From an uncultured Actinomycetes bacterium (GTDB lineage: Bacteria > Actinomycetota > UBA4738 > HRBIN12): a stretch of 64,000 bases of DNA. The position numbers and the translations under genes were made by a program. Positions 31,288 through 40,331 of this stretch are shown one piece after another. The stretch's first letter is position 1. Every line of letters begins with the position of its first letter. The notes beneath the pieces are model-generated. The model ran no database searches. It had not been told where the DNA came from and saw nothing but the letters and a program-made list of their open reading frames with translations. The stretch lies in NCBI GenBank assembly GCA_963821935.1, contig CAWGFM010000001.1:104-64103 (forward strand). The letters are read 5' to 3'.

Positions 31288-31450
31288 ACCCCGTGCATCA
31301 TCGGTCGAGCCTGACCCTTCGCGCGGGTCGAGGGTTGCGCCTCACTGCGGTTGAAGGTGGCTCTCAGCTGCGATAACGTCCAGTGTCCGTCGACCGTGGG
31401 GTCTGAGCCTCGACCTCGACGGTCGTTCGCAGGCCGACCCCGACGAGGAC

Positions 31451-31924
31451 TTGACGGTGTTCTGTACCCGCTGTGGACATCCCAACCATGACGACGCGCG
31501 CTTCTGTGCGGAGTGTGGTGCTCCACTGCAGGAGGACTCAACCGTGTCGCTGACCGCGGTCGAGCCCGACGATGAGGGACACGATGAGTTCCCGTTCCCT
31601 CACGATGAACTGGCGGCGGGCCAGGCTCTGCTTCTGGTGAAGCGTGGACCCAATGCCGGGTCGACCTTCTTGCTCACCGAGCCCTTGACCTCCGTCGGTC
31701 GCAACGTCGACAGCGTGGTGTTCCTCGACGACGTGACCGTCTCGAGGGCCCATGCGGCCTTCGAACGACGTGACGGCGATGGTTTCGAGTGGTTCGTTCG
31801 AGACGTCGGCAGCCTCAACGGCACGTACGTCAACGGTGAGCAAGTCGACCAGACCAAGCTGGCGCCGGGGGACGAGGTCCAGATCGGCAAGTTCAAGCTG
31901 GTGTTCTTCTCGGCAGGGGAGTGA
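31451..31924 (+). CDS. Zn-ribbon + FHA domain protein (GarA/OdhI-like)
   Basis: CTRC...CAEC, DST, GR...DVTVSRAH, GSLNGTYVN. Confidence 0.9.
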   Translation: MTVFCTRCGHPNHDDARFCAECGAPLQEDSTVSLTAVEPDDEGHDEFPFPHDELAAGQALLLVKRGPNAGSTFLLTEPLTSVGRNVDSVVFLDDVTVSRAHAAFERRDGDGFEWFVRDVGSLNGTYVNGEQVDQTKLAPGDEVQIGKFKLVFFSAGE

Positions 31925-32667
31925 TGGTGCAGATGGCGGGAACGCGCAACTACCAATCGATCGGGGAGGTGCTGGTGTCGGTGAAGACCGAGTTCCCCGA
32001 CATCACGATCTCCAAGATCCGGTTCCTGGAAGCCGAAGGGCTCATCGAGCCCGAACGCACCCCGTCGGGCTACCGCAAGTTCTACGCGCAGGACGTCGAC
32101 CGCCTGAAGTCGATCCTGCGCATGCAGCGCGACGAGTACCTGCCCCTGAAGGTCATCAAGGAGCGCTTGCTGCAGCAGGACGCCGATGTCGACGAAGACG
32201 GGGTGCCGTTGGAAACGTCGTCCGACGACGTCGAGGCGGAGGATGCGGCCGGCTCCGAGGGCGACATCGCCGACGCGCCCACCGGCCTGCAGATGTCCAT
32301 CGAGGAGATGTCGGCGGCCACCGGGGTGGACCGCGACCGGATCCGCGAGCTCGAGTCGTTCGGCATCGTGGTCTCGCACGGTCCCGACGGTGCCACCTAC
32401 TACGACGGCGACGCCTACATCGTGCTGTCGATCGTGAAGGACTTCTTCCGCTTCGGGATCGAGCCTCGCCATCTGACGATGTACAAGCACTTCGCCGACC
32501 GGGAGTCCACGTTCTTCGAGGCGCTCGTGGCACCGACGCTGCGCCAGAAGAACCCCGACGCCCGCAAGGCCGCCGCCCAGACCCTGTCCGACCTGTCCGT
32601 GACATCGCGCAAGTTCAAGCAGGCGCTCCTGCGCGTGAACCTGCGCGAGGACCTGCAGAGCGCGTGA
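31924..32667 (+). CDS. MerR family regulator (FtsR/Rv1828-like)
   Basis: SIGEVL, TISKIRFLE, RTPSGYRKF; synteny with FHA gene. Confidence 0.9.
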   Translation: MVQMAGTRNYQSIGEVLVSVKTEFPDITISKIRFLEAEGLIEPERTPSGYRKFYAQDVDRLKSILRMQRDEYLPLKVIKERLLQQDADVDEDGVPLETSSDDVEAEDAAGSEGDIADAPTGLQMSIEEMSAATGVDRDRIRELESFGIVVSHGPDGATYYDGDAYIVLSIVKDFFRFGIEPRHLTMYKHFADRESTFFEALVAPTLRQKNPDARKAAAQTLSDLSVTSRKFKQALLRVNLREDLQSA

Positions 32668-33983
32668 ATCCTCGCGCGGGCCGGTCCCTGGGCCGGTTTC
32701 TGGGCGGGTCCGCCGGCCGACGCGTCCTCATCGCCGCAGCCGTGGCAGCAGCCCTCGGCGTGCAGGCGATCGCCATCACGTTGGCGTCCGCCGGTCCGTC
32801 CGGTCCTCCACCCACACCCGTGCCACCCAACGGGTCACGATCCCCGTTCCCGCAGACGCTGGCGACCCCCGCCGTCCCGACGCAGCGCCCCCAGCTCGAC
32901 GTCCCGTCTGCGCTGCTGGTGGACATGGAAGGCGGGCACGTGCTCTTCGCGAAGGCTCCGCAGGCGCGGCGGCCGATCGCCAGCCTCACGAAGGTCATGA
33001 CCGCCATCCTGGTGTTGGAGCGTCTCGAGCTGGGGCAGCCGGTCACGGTGTCGCCTGCGGCGGTCTTCGAGCGCGACGAGTTCGGCGCGTCGTCGGTGCT
33101 GGGGCTTCGCGCAGGGGAGCGAAGGACCGTGCGCGAGCTGCTCGACGGACTCCTCCTCGGCTCGGCCAACGACGCGGCGGTCGCGCTGGCGATCGAGGTC
33201 AGCGGTTCCCAGGAGCGCTTCGTGGCGGCGATGGACCGCCGCGCGCGCACCCTGGGCATGCGATCGACCAGGTTCTTCTCGCCGAATGGGCTGGACGATC
33301 GGGGGCGCTCGAGCGCGAGCGATCTGGCGATCTTGGTCCGGAGCGCGTATGCGACGCCTGGCTTCGCTCCGATCGTTGCCGCCAAGTCCGCGACGATCGG
33401 ATCGCCCCGGGGCATGAAGCCGCGCCACATCCAGAACCGCAACGCACTGCTCTGGCTCTACCCCGGCGCGATCGGCGTGAAGACGGGCTCCACGGCCGGT
33501 GCGGGCTACTGCGTGATCGGGGTCGCCGAACGCGACGGCCGCAGGTTGATGGCGATCGTGCTGGGGTCGCCCAACGAAGCGTTCTCCGAAGCCGCAACGC
33601 TGATGGACTATGGATACGAAGCGTTCACGGAACGGACGTTCGTGGATGCAGGCCAGGGTGTCGGCACGGTCGAGATCAGAGGCGGCTCGGTGCGCGCGGT
33701 TGCGGGCCGCGCACTCACGGCGCTCGTGCCTGCAGCAGACGCGGACCGTGCCGAGGAACGCATCGTGGTCGCAGCCGATGCGATCTTCCCTCCTGCGGTC
33801 GGCCAGCGCATCGGCACGCTCAAGGTCACGGTTCCCGGTCTCACCGTGGGCGCGGTGCCGGTGGTGGTACAGGAGGTTCCACCGCCTGCTCCGGCCGGTG
33901 ACGACGCGTGGTGGGTCCGGGCGGCGGGCGCCGTGGGCGGCGCCCTCGCCGACGCGCTCGAGGGGGTGCTCGGCACGAGCTGA
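32664..33983 (+). CDS. D-alanyl-D-alanine carboxypeptidase (S11)
   Basis: ASLTK (SxxK), SAN (SxN), KTG. Confidence 0.92.
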   Translation: MNPRAGRSLGRFLGGSAGRRVLIAAAVAAALGVQAIAITLASAGPSGPPPTPVPPNGSRSPFPQTLATPAVPTQRPQLDVPSALLVDMEGGHVLFAKAPQARRPIASLTKVMTAILVLERLELGQPVTVSPAAVFERDEFGASSVLGLRAGERRTVRELLDGLLLGSANDAAVALAIEVSGSQERFVAAMDRRARTLGMRSTRFFSPNGLDDRGRSSASDLAILVRSAYATPGFAPIVAAKSATIGSPRGMKPRHIQNRNALLWLYPGAIGVKTGSTAGAGYCVIGVAERDGRRLMAIVLGSPNEAFSEAATLMDYGYEAFTERTFVDAGQGVGTVEIRGGSVRAVAGRALTALVPAADADRAEERIVVAADAIFPPAVGQRIGTLKVTVPGLTVGAVPVVVQEVPPPAPAGDDAWWVRAAGAVGGALADALEGVLGTS

Positions 33984-34037
33984 CCGCGGCCCGCCACGTG
34001 CCGGGCCACCAGGGTCGCCCTGCTAGGCTCGCACCCG

Positions 34038-34613
34038 ATGACGGAGGTCGCGAGCGTCCTGGTGGACCGCGAGGACGTCCGTCGCCGGGTCGAGGAGCTC
34101 GGCCGCACGATCACCGGGGACTACGTGGGGCGTGAGCCCGTGTTCATCACGGTCCTCAAAGGCGGCGCGATGTTCCTGGCGGATCTGATGCGCGCCGTCG
34201 ATCTCCCGCTCGAGATCTACTTCATGGCCATCAGCCGCTACGGCGATGCCGATGAGTCGCTCGGTCGCGTGCAGATCCTGCTCGACGTCGATATCGATCT
34301 CGCCGGCCGGGACGTGATCCTGATCGAGGACATCGTCGACACGGGGCTCACGTTGCGGTACCTGCTGGGTGTGCTGCGCGCGCGTGGTCCCGCCTCCTTG
34401 GAGGTCTGCGCGCTGTTGGACAAGTCCGCCCGGCGCATCGTGCCCTTGGCCCCCCGATACGTGGGGTTCGACTGTCCGGACCGCTTCGTGGTGGGGTACG
34501 GTCTGGACTTCGCTGAGCGCTACCGCAACGTGCCCGACATCCTCCAGGTGCATGATGTCGATGCGTTGCAGTCCGACCCCGACGTGCTGATGCCTTGGCT
34601 CGCGATCGCCTGA
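34038..34613 (+). CDS. hpt: Hypoxanthine phosphoribosyltransferase
   Basis: VLKGG, IEDIVDTGLT PRPP motif, FVVGYGLD. Confidence 0.93.
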   Translation: MTEVASVLVDREDVRRRVEELGRTITGDYVGREPVFITVLKGGAMFLADLMRAVDLPLEIYFMAISRYGDADESLGRVQILLDVDIDLAGRDVILIEDIVDTGLTLRYLLGVLRARGPASLEVCALLDKSARRIVPLAPRYVGFDCPDRFVVGYGLDFAERYRNVPDILQVHDVDALQSDPDVLMPWLAIA

Positions 34614-34656
34614 GGCCAGGTTGCCCGACCGGGAACCCGCCGTTACGCTCGCAACG

Positions 34657-35130
34657 ATGATCGAGATGGAGCTCACCGGCGTGCGCGTGGAACTCCCATC
34701 GAATCAACCCATCGTTCTGCTGCGGGAGCGAGGCGGCGAGCGCTACCTGCCCATCTGGATCGGGGCCGCCGAGGCCGCGGCGATCGCGCTGTCCTTGCAG
34801 GGAGTGGTCACGCCCCGGCCCATGACCCACGATCTGCTCAAGACCATCCTGGAGGATCTGTCGGTGGGCGTGCAACGCATCATCGTCACGGAGCTGCGCG
34901 AGTCGACGTTCTTCGCCACCATCGAACTGCAACGCAAGGGTGAGGACCTGTTGGTGTCGTCCCGGCCTTCGGATGCGATCGCCCTGGCCGTGCGGATGTC
35001 CGTGCCGATCTTCGCCAGCGAGGACGTGTTGGAGGAAGCCTCGATCCTGATCCCCGGCGACGAGGACGAAGAGGTGGAGAAGTTCCGCGAGTTCCTGGAC
35101 AACGTCAGCCCCGAGGACTTCGAGAGCTAG
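34657..35130 (+). CDS. Bifunctional nuclease family (DUF151)
   Basis: LPIWIG..EA, RPMTHDL, RPSDAIALA; TACGCT -10 before ATG. Confidence 0.92.
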   Translation: MIEMELTGVRVELPSNQPIVLLRERGGERYLPIWIGAAEAAAIALSLQGVVTPRPMTHDLLKTILEDLSVGVQRIIVTELRESTFFATIELQRKGEDLLVSSRPSDAIALAVRMSVPIFASEDVLEEASILIPGDEDEEVEKFREFLDNVSPEDFES

Positions 35131-35176
35131 GGAACGTTCCCGAGCTGGTGCTGGCCCGCGACGCAGGGGAGCGGGC

Positions 35177-35605
35177 CTACGTGCAGAAGAAGACCGTGAC
35201 CCAGAGTTCGCCGTGCACCGTGGCTGCGCCCACCGCGGCGCGATCGAACCCACGGTTCAGGATGTGCGAACGGTGGGAGGCGCTCCGCATGAACGCCCGT
35301 TGCAGGTCGGCGACGTCGCCACCGGTCATGCCCACGTTCTCGCCCCAGGCGAAACAGTGCGCACCGTAGCGGCCGGGGCCCGAGGTATGCCACAGACGCC
35401 GGTGATGGGCCATGCGAAGGCTGTGCCGTTCGGCGACCCTCGACATGCGAGATGCCCGATCCAGCCGGTGGATGCCGTGCTTGGCCCGACTCTCGTTCGT
35501 GGCGTGGAAGACCTGCCAGCCGTAGTTGGGCGTGCCGGCCTGGGCGGCCGCGGGGCCCAGGACCATGAGTGCGGTCACGCTGATCGCAAGGAGCGTTTTC
35601 TTCAT
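35177..35605 (-). CDS. Secreted CAP (SCP) domain protein
   Basis: Signal peptide, HSLRM, WGENVG, MRSASHRSHIL. Confidence 0.88.
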   Translation of the reverse strand: MKKTLLAISVTALMVLGPAAAQAGTPNYGWQVFHATNESRAKHGIHRLDRASRMSRVAERHSLRMAHHRRLWHTSGPGRYGAHCFAWGENVGMTGGDVADLQRAFMRSASHRSHILNRGFDRAAVGAATVHGELWVTVFFCT

Positions 35606-35790
35606 GTGGTGCCCATCCGGGGGGTCGAACTCCCTGATCCTTGGTAGTTCATTCGAGCTACTGCGCGTCATCGGCGGCGGTCCGCCACAACTTGAGCGCA
35701 GCTGCGCACGAAGGTGCCCGTAGGACCGTTGACATAGGCTCGAATGGGTCCTAGCCTGCGGAAACACATCGACGTGATTACGGAGCTGTC

Positions 35791-36243
35791 ATGAGCGAAC
35801 AGGGGTACCGCGCGCCGGACGCAAAGCGGATCGCGGGCATCACATATCGACAGCTCGACTATTGGACACGGACCGGTCTGGTGACGCCGTCGGTGAAGGA
35901 CGCGCACGGTTCAGGGTCCCAACGGCTGTACTCCTTCCAGGACCTCGCAACGCTTCGCGTCATCAAGAAGTTGCTCGACACGGGCGTCTCGCTGCAGCGG
36001 GTCCGCAAGGCCGTGGAACACCTTCGGGGCATGCACCGGCGACCCCACGGGGTCACGCTCATGTCCGACGGCCAAGGCGTGTACGAGGCCCATTCGCCCG
36101 AGGCCGTCGTCGACCTGCTCAAGGGCGGCCAAGGTGTCTTCGCCATCTCACTCGATGCCGTCTACGACGATCTGGAGGACAGCGTCAACGCCCCGGCAGC
36201 GGTGAAGACGAAGAGCAAGCGGACGGCCGCGCAGGGATCGTGA
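35791..36243 (+). CDS. MerR family regulator (Rv1830-like)
   Basis: GITYRQLDYW, GSGSQRLYSF, LLDTGVSLQ, GGQGVFAI. Confidence 0.92.
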   Translation: MSEQGYRAPDAKRIAGITYRQLDYWTRTGLVTPSVKDAHGSGSQRLYSFQDLATLRVIKKLLDTGVSLQRVRKAVEHLRGMHRRPHGVTLMSDGQGVYEAHSPEAVVDLLKGGQGVFAISLDAVYDDLEDSVNAPAAVKTKSKRTAAQGS

Positions 36244-36659
36244 GCGCGCAGCCGGCCCTGTTGGACGAGGCACCGCTCAAGAGTCAGAGCATCCGGTTCG
36301 CCCATGCCTCGGAACGTCAGTTCGCGCAGCTCCTGGATTTCTACGACATCCGGTGGGAGTACGAGCCCACCTCGTTCGATATCGAATGGGACCGGGAGGG
36401 ACGGGTCCTGCAGCGTTTCACGCCCGACTTCTTCCTGCCCGAGTACGACCTCTACATCGAGATCACCACGCTGAACCAGAAGCTGGTGACCAAGAAGAAC
36501 CGCAAGGTTCGGCGCCTCCGCGAGCGCTACCCTGAGATCACCTGCAAGATCTTCTACCAGCGCGACTACCTGTCGCTGGTGACGAAGTACGGACTGGAAG
36601 ACGTGTCGGGGCCGGCCAGGACCACGCCGCGGGCCGCGCCCTCCGATCGACCGTCGTAG
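36240..36659 (+). CDS. Small PD-(D/E)XK-fold-like protein
   Basis: SE...WEYEP...FTPDFFLPEYDLYIEITT; GTGA overlap with MerR gene. Confidence 0.7.
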   Translation: MSAQPALLDEAPLKSQSIRFAHASERQFAQLLDFYDIRWEYEPTSFDIEWDREGRVLQRFTPDFFLPEYDLYIEITTLNQKLVTKKNRKVRRLRERYPEITCKIFYQRDYLSLVTKYGLEDVSGPARTTPRAAPSDRPS

Positions 36660-36685
36660 CGGTCGACCGTCCGTACACTTGGCCC

Positions 36686-37993
36686 GTGAGGTTCGCTCCG
36701 CACACCGACGACGAGATCCGCGACATGCTCGCGACGATCGGGCGGTCCTCGGTCGCCGAGCTCTTCGACCAGGTTCCCGACCCGGTTCGTCTGGATCGGG
36801 CGCTCGAGATCCCCGACGGCGTCTCGGAGATGGAACTGGTCGCCGACATGCGCGACCTGGCCGCCAGCGACCGGAACATGGATCAGCTGGTGTGCTTCGC
36901 GGGCGGCGGTGCCTACGACCATTACATCCCCTCGGTCGTGTGGGCCCTGGCGGGTCGCTCGGAGTTCTACACGTCGTACACCCCATATCAGCCGGAGCTG
37001 TCGCAGGGCGTCTTGCAGGTCCTGTTCGAGTACCAGTCGATGATCTGCGAGCTGACGGACATGGACGTGTCCAACGCCTCGCTCTACGACGGTGCCACCG
37101 CCCTGGTCGAAGCGGTGCACATGACCCTGGCATCGGGACGCATGCGCGTGCTGGTGTCCGACGGTGTCGACTCCCGCGCCCTCGAGGCCCTGCGCACCGC
37201 CGGGAGGGGAGCGGCCTACGAGCCCGAAGTGTTCCACGGTCACCCGGAGCCCGGCGGTGACGTGGCCGCAGTGGTCCTCCAGCACCCCAATGTGTACGGG
37301 GTGCTGGAACCCGTCCGCGATTCCTTCGCCGCCGCGCACGATGCGGGCGCCAAGGCGATCCAGGTGTTCGATCCGCTGTCGCTCGGCGTGCTGGCGACCC
37401 CCGGCGAGCTGGGTGCGGACATCGCGGTCGGCGAGGGCCAGGGTCTGGGCAACCACCTCAACTACGGAGGGCCCTACCTGGGCATCATCGCCGCTCGGAA
37501 GGGCGACGTACGCAAGATGCCGGGACGCATCGTGGGCGAGACGGTCGACGTGGACGAGACGACGGGCTACGTCCTGACGCTGCAAGCGCGCGAGCAGCAC
37601 ATCCGTCGGGAGAAGGCCAACTCCAACATCTGCACGAACCAGACGCTGATGGCCATCGCCGCCACCGTGTACCTAGGGTGGCTGGGCCCCGAGGGTCTGG
37701 GTGAGCTCGGCCGTCAGTGCGCGTCGAAGGCCGCGTACACGGCGGAGCAGCTCACCGCTCTGCCCGGGGTATCGCTGGCGTTTCCCGATGCGCCGTTCTT
37801 CAAGGAGTTCGCGGTGCGCTTGCCCCGGGCCGCCTCCGAGGTTCGCGAACGCATGGTCGACCGCGGGTTCCTGGCGGGGGTACCGATGCCGCAGGCAGGC
37901 GATGACCTCTTGGTGGTCGCCGTCACCGAGCGGCGCTCACGGCCAGAGATCGACGGGTTCGTCTCGGCCATGGGGGAGGTGCTCGCTTCGTGA
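36686..37993 (+). CDS. gcvPA: Glycine dehydrogenase subunit 1
   Basis: SYTPYQPELSQG, NASLYDGATA, REQHIRREKANSNICTNQ. Confidence 0.96.
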   Translation: MRFAPHTDDEIRDMLATIGRSSVAELFDQVPDPVRLDRALEIPDGVSEMELVADMRDLAASDRNMDQLVCFAGGGAYDHYIPSVVWALAGRSEFYTSYTPYQPELSQGVLQVLFEYQSMICELTDMDVSNASLYDGATALVEAVHMTLASGRMRVLVSDGVDSRALEALRTAGRGAAYEPEVFHGHPEPGGDVAAVVLQHPNVYGVLEPVRDSFAAAHDAGAKAIQVFDPLSLGVLATPGELGADIAVGEGQGLGNHLNYGGPYLGIIAARKGDVRKMPGRIVGETVDVDETTGYVLTLQAREQHIRREKANSNICTNQTLMAIAATVYLGWLGPEGLGELGRQCASKAAYTAEQLTALPGVSLAFPDAPFFKEFAVRLPRAASEVRERMVDRGFLAGVPMPQAGDDLLVVAVTERRSRPEIDGFVSAMGEVLAS

Positions 37994-39519
37994 GCCAGGG
38001 CGCGCCGATCCGCACGCAGGGGCCCGTGGGCACGACCGGCACCATCGTGGACCGCTCGGTGCCGGGCCGCCGGGCGTTCAGCTTGGCGCCGCTGGACGTG
38101 CCCACGGCCGAGATCGCGGCCGAGCACGCGCGCAAGGAGCCACCCCGCCTGCCCGAGGTCGCCGAGATCGACCTGATCAGGCACTACACACGCCTCTCGC
38201 AGATGAACCACGGTGTGGACACCGGCCCCTACCCGCTGGGCTCATGCACGATGAAGTACAACCCCAAGGCAGCGGAGACCGTCGCGGCCATGCCCGGATT
38301 CCAACGGCTGCATCCGCTGCAGCCCGACGCGACCGTGCAGGGCATGCTCGAGCTGCTCTGGCGCCTGGAACGGGCGCTGTGCGAGATCACCGGCATGGCG
38401 CGGGCCACGTTGCAGCCCCCGGCCGGGGCGTGCGGGGAGATGACCGGCCTGCTGATCATGCGCGCCGTGCACGCCGACCGTGGGGGCGAGCGGACCAAGG
38501 TGTTGATCCCCGACGCCGCCCACGGTACGAACCCGGCCAGCGTTCGTCTCGCCGGGTTCGAGGCGGTCAGCGTTCCGTCGGACGCGCGCGGTCTGGTGGA
38601 CGTGGGGGCCCTGCGACCGCTGGTCGACGACCAGGTGGCCGGGCTCATGCTCACGAACCCCAACACGCTCGGCCTGTTCGAAGAGCGCATCGAGGAGATC
38701 ACCGCGATGCTGCACGATGTGGGTGCCATCGTGTACTACGACGGGGCCAACCTCAACGCGATCCTCGGGCAGTGCCGTCCCGGCGACATGGGCTTCGACA
38801 TCGTCCATATCAATACCCACAAGACGTTCGCGACTCCGCACGGCGGGGGAGGGCCGGGTGCCGGCCCGGTGGGGGTGACCCAGGATCTCGCCGATTACCT
38901 TCCGGCACCGATCGTGGCTCGAGACAGCGATGGGACCTACCGATGGGATCACGAACGGCCCCGCTCCATCGGACGCCTCCACGGGTTCAACGGGAACATG
39001 GGGGTCCTGGTTCGCGCCTACGCCTACGTGTTCCTCCACGGCGCGGACGGGTTGGCCGAGGTCAGCGAGCTCGCGGCGCTCAACGCCAACTACCTGGCCT
39101 CGCTGCTTCGGGAGGATTTCCCGCTCGCCTATCCGGACATGCCGCCGATGCACGAGTTCGTGTCGTCGGCGGAGACGTTGAAGCGCGACACGGGGGTCCG
39201 CGCGACCGACGTGGCGAAGCGGCTCATCGATCTGGGCTACCACCCGTCCACCGTGTACTTCCCGCTTGTGGTCGACGAAGCCATGATGATCGAGCCCACC
39301 GAGACCGAGTCCCGCGAAACGCTCGACGGGCTCGCGGCCGCCTTCCGCCAGGCCGCAGCCGAAGCTCGCGCCGATCCGGAGGTGCTGCACGAGGCGCCGC
39401 TCACCACACCGGTCCGGCGCCTCGACGAGGCGCTTGCGGCTCGTCAGCTCAAGCTCCGGTGGAACGTCGGGACATCGGAGGGATCGAGTGCCTCCGAAGC
39501 AGCGGGGGGAGACCGCTGA
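37990..39519 (+). CDS. gcvPB: Glycine dehydrogenase subunit 2
   Basis: PLGSCTMKYNP, YDGANLNA, PLP-lysine HKTF..PHGGGGPG, IEPTETE. Confidence 0.96.
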   Translation: MSQGAPIRTQGPVGTTGTIVDRSVPGRRAFSLAPLDVPTAEIAAEHARKEPPRLPEVAEIDLIRHYTRLSQMNHGVDTGPYPLGSCTMKYNPKAAETVAAMPGFQRLHPLQPDATVQGMLELLWRLERALCEITGMARATLQPPAGACGEMTGLLIMRAVHADRGGERTKVLIPDAAHGTNPASVRLAGFEAVSVPSDARGLVDVGALRPLVDDQVAGLMLTNPNTLGLFEERIEEITAMLHDVGAIVYYDGANLNAILGQCRPGDMGFDIVHINTHKTFATPHGGGGPGAGPVGVTQDLADYLPAPIVARDSDGTYRWDHERPRSIGRLHGFNGNMGVLVRAYAYVFLHGADGLAEVSELAALNANYLASLLREDFPLAYPDMPPMHEFVSSAETLKRDTGVRATDVAKRLIDLGYHPSTVYFPLVVDEAMMIEPTETESRETLDGLAAAFRQAAAEARADPEVLHEAPLTTPVRRLDEALAARQLKLRWNVGTSEGSSASEAAGGDR

Positions 39520-39602
39520 TGACCGCGCCTCGGGGAGCGTTTCATGCAAGGTGACATAATGGACGTTATGGGCGTTCGCGCCCTGCGAGGCAGGAGGACC
39601 GC

Positions 39603-40331
39603 ATGAGCACCGCACCGATCGTGTTGGTACCCGGGTTCTGGCTCGGCGCGTGGGCATGGGACGAGGTCGTCGCCGCCCTGCGCGCCGACGGGCACGAGGT
39701 CACGGCGGTGACGCTGCCCGGTCTCGAGTCGGAGGACGCCGACCGGTCGTCGATCACGTTCGAGGACCACGTCGCGGCGATCTGCGAGGCCGTGACGGCG
39801 ACGGGACGACCCGCCGTGCTCGCCGTACACAGCGGCGCGGGGGCTCCCGGCTACGCCGTCACCGACCGCATCCCCGAGCAGATCGCGTCGATGATCTACG
39901 TCGACACCGGTCCCGCCAAGGGGGCGCTCGACCCCGACGTGACCGACGCGGAGGTGCCGCTCCCCTCTCGTGAGCAGCTCGAGAAGGACGAGAACCTCGA
40001 CGGGCTCACGGCCGAGCAGCTCGAGACCTTCCGGCTGCGGGCCGTCCCCGAGCCGGCGGCGGCCCTCCGCGAGGCGGCCGATCTGACCAACGACGCGCGT
40101 CTCGGGGTGCCGAGCACCGTGATCTGCACCGGCTTCAGCGCCCAGGAGTACCAGGACGCCATCAAGGAGGGTTATCCGTTCCTCGCAGGCCTGGCCGAGC
40201 TCCGTAACGTGTCCTACGTCGACATGCCGACGAGCCACTGGCCGATGTGGTCGCGGCCCCATGATCTGGCCGCGCTCATCGGGGACGCGGCGCGGACGGC
40301 CGGAACCGCCGCTGGAAGCCCCACAGCGTGA
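39603..40331 (+). CDS. Alpha/beta hydrolase
   Basis: VPGFWLGAWAW, VHSGAG, SHWPMWSRP; CAGGAGG SD. Confidence 0.88.
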   Translation: MSTAPIVLVPGFWLGAWAWDEVVAALRADGHEVTAVTLPGLESEDADRSSITFEDHVAAICEAVTATGRPAVLAVHSGAGAPGYAVTDRIPEQIASMIYVDTGPAKGALDPDVTDAEVPLPSREQLEKDENLDGLTAEQLETFRLRAVPEPAAALREAADLTNDARLGVPSTVICTGFSAQEYQDAIKEGYPFLAGLAELRNVSYVDMPTSHWPMWSRPHDLAALIGDAARTAGTAAGSPTA

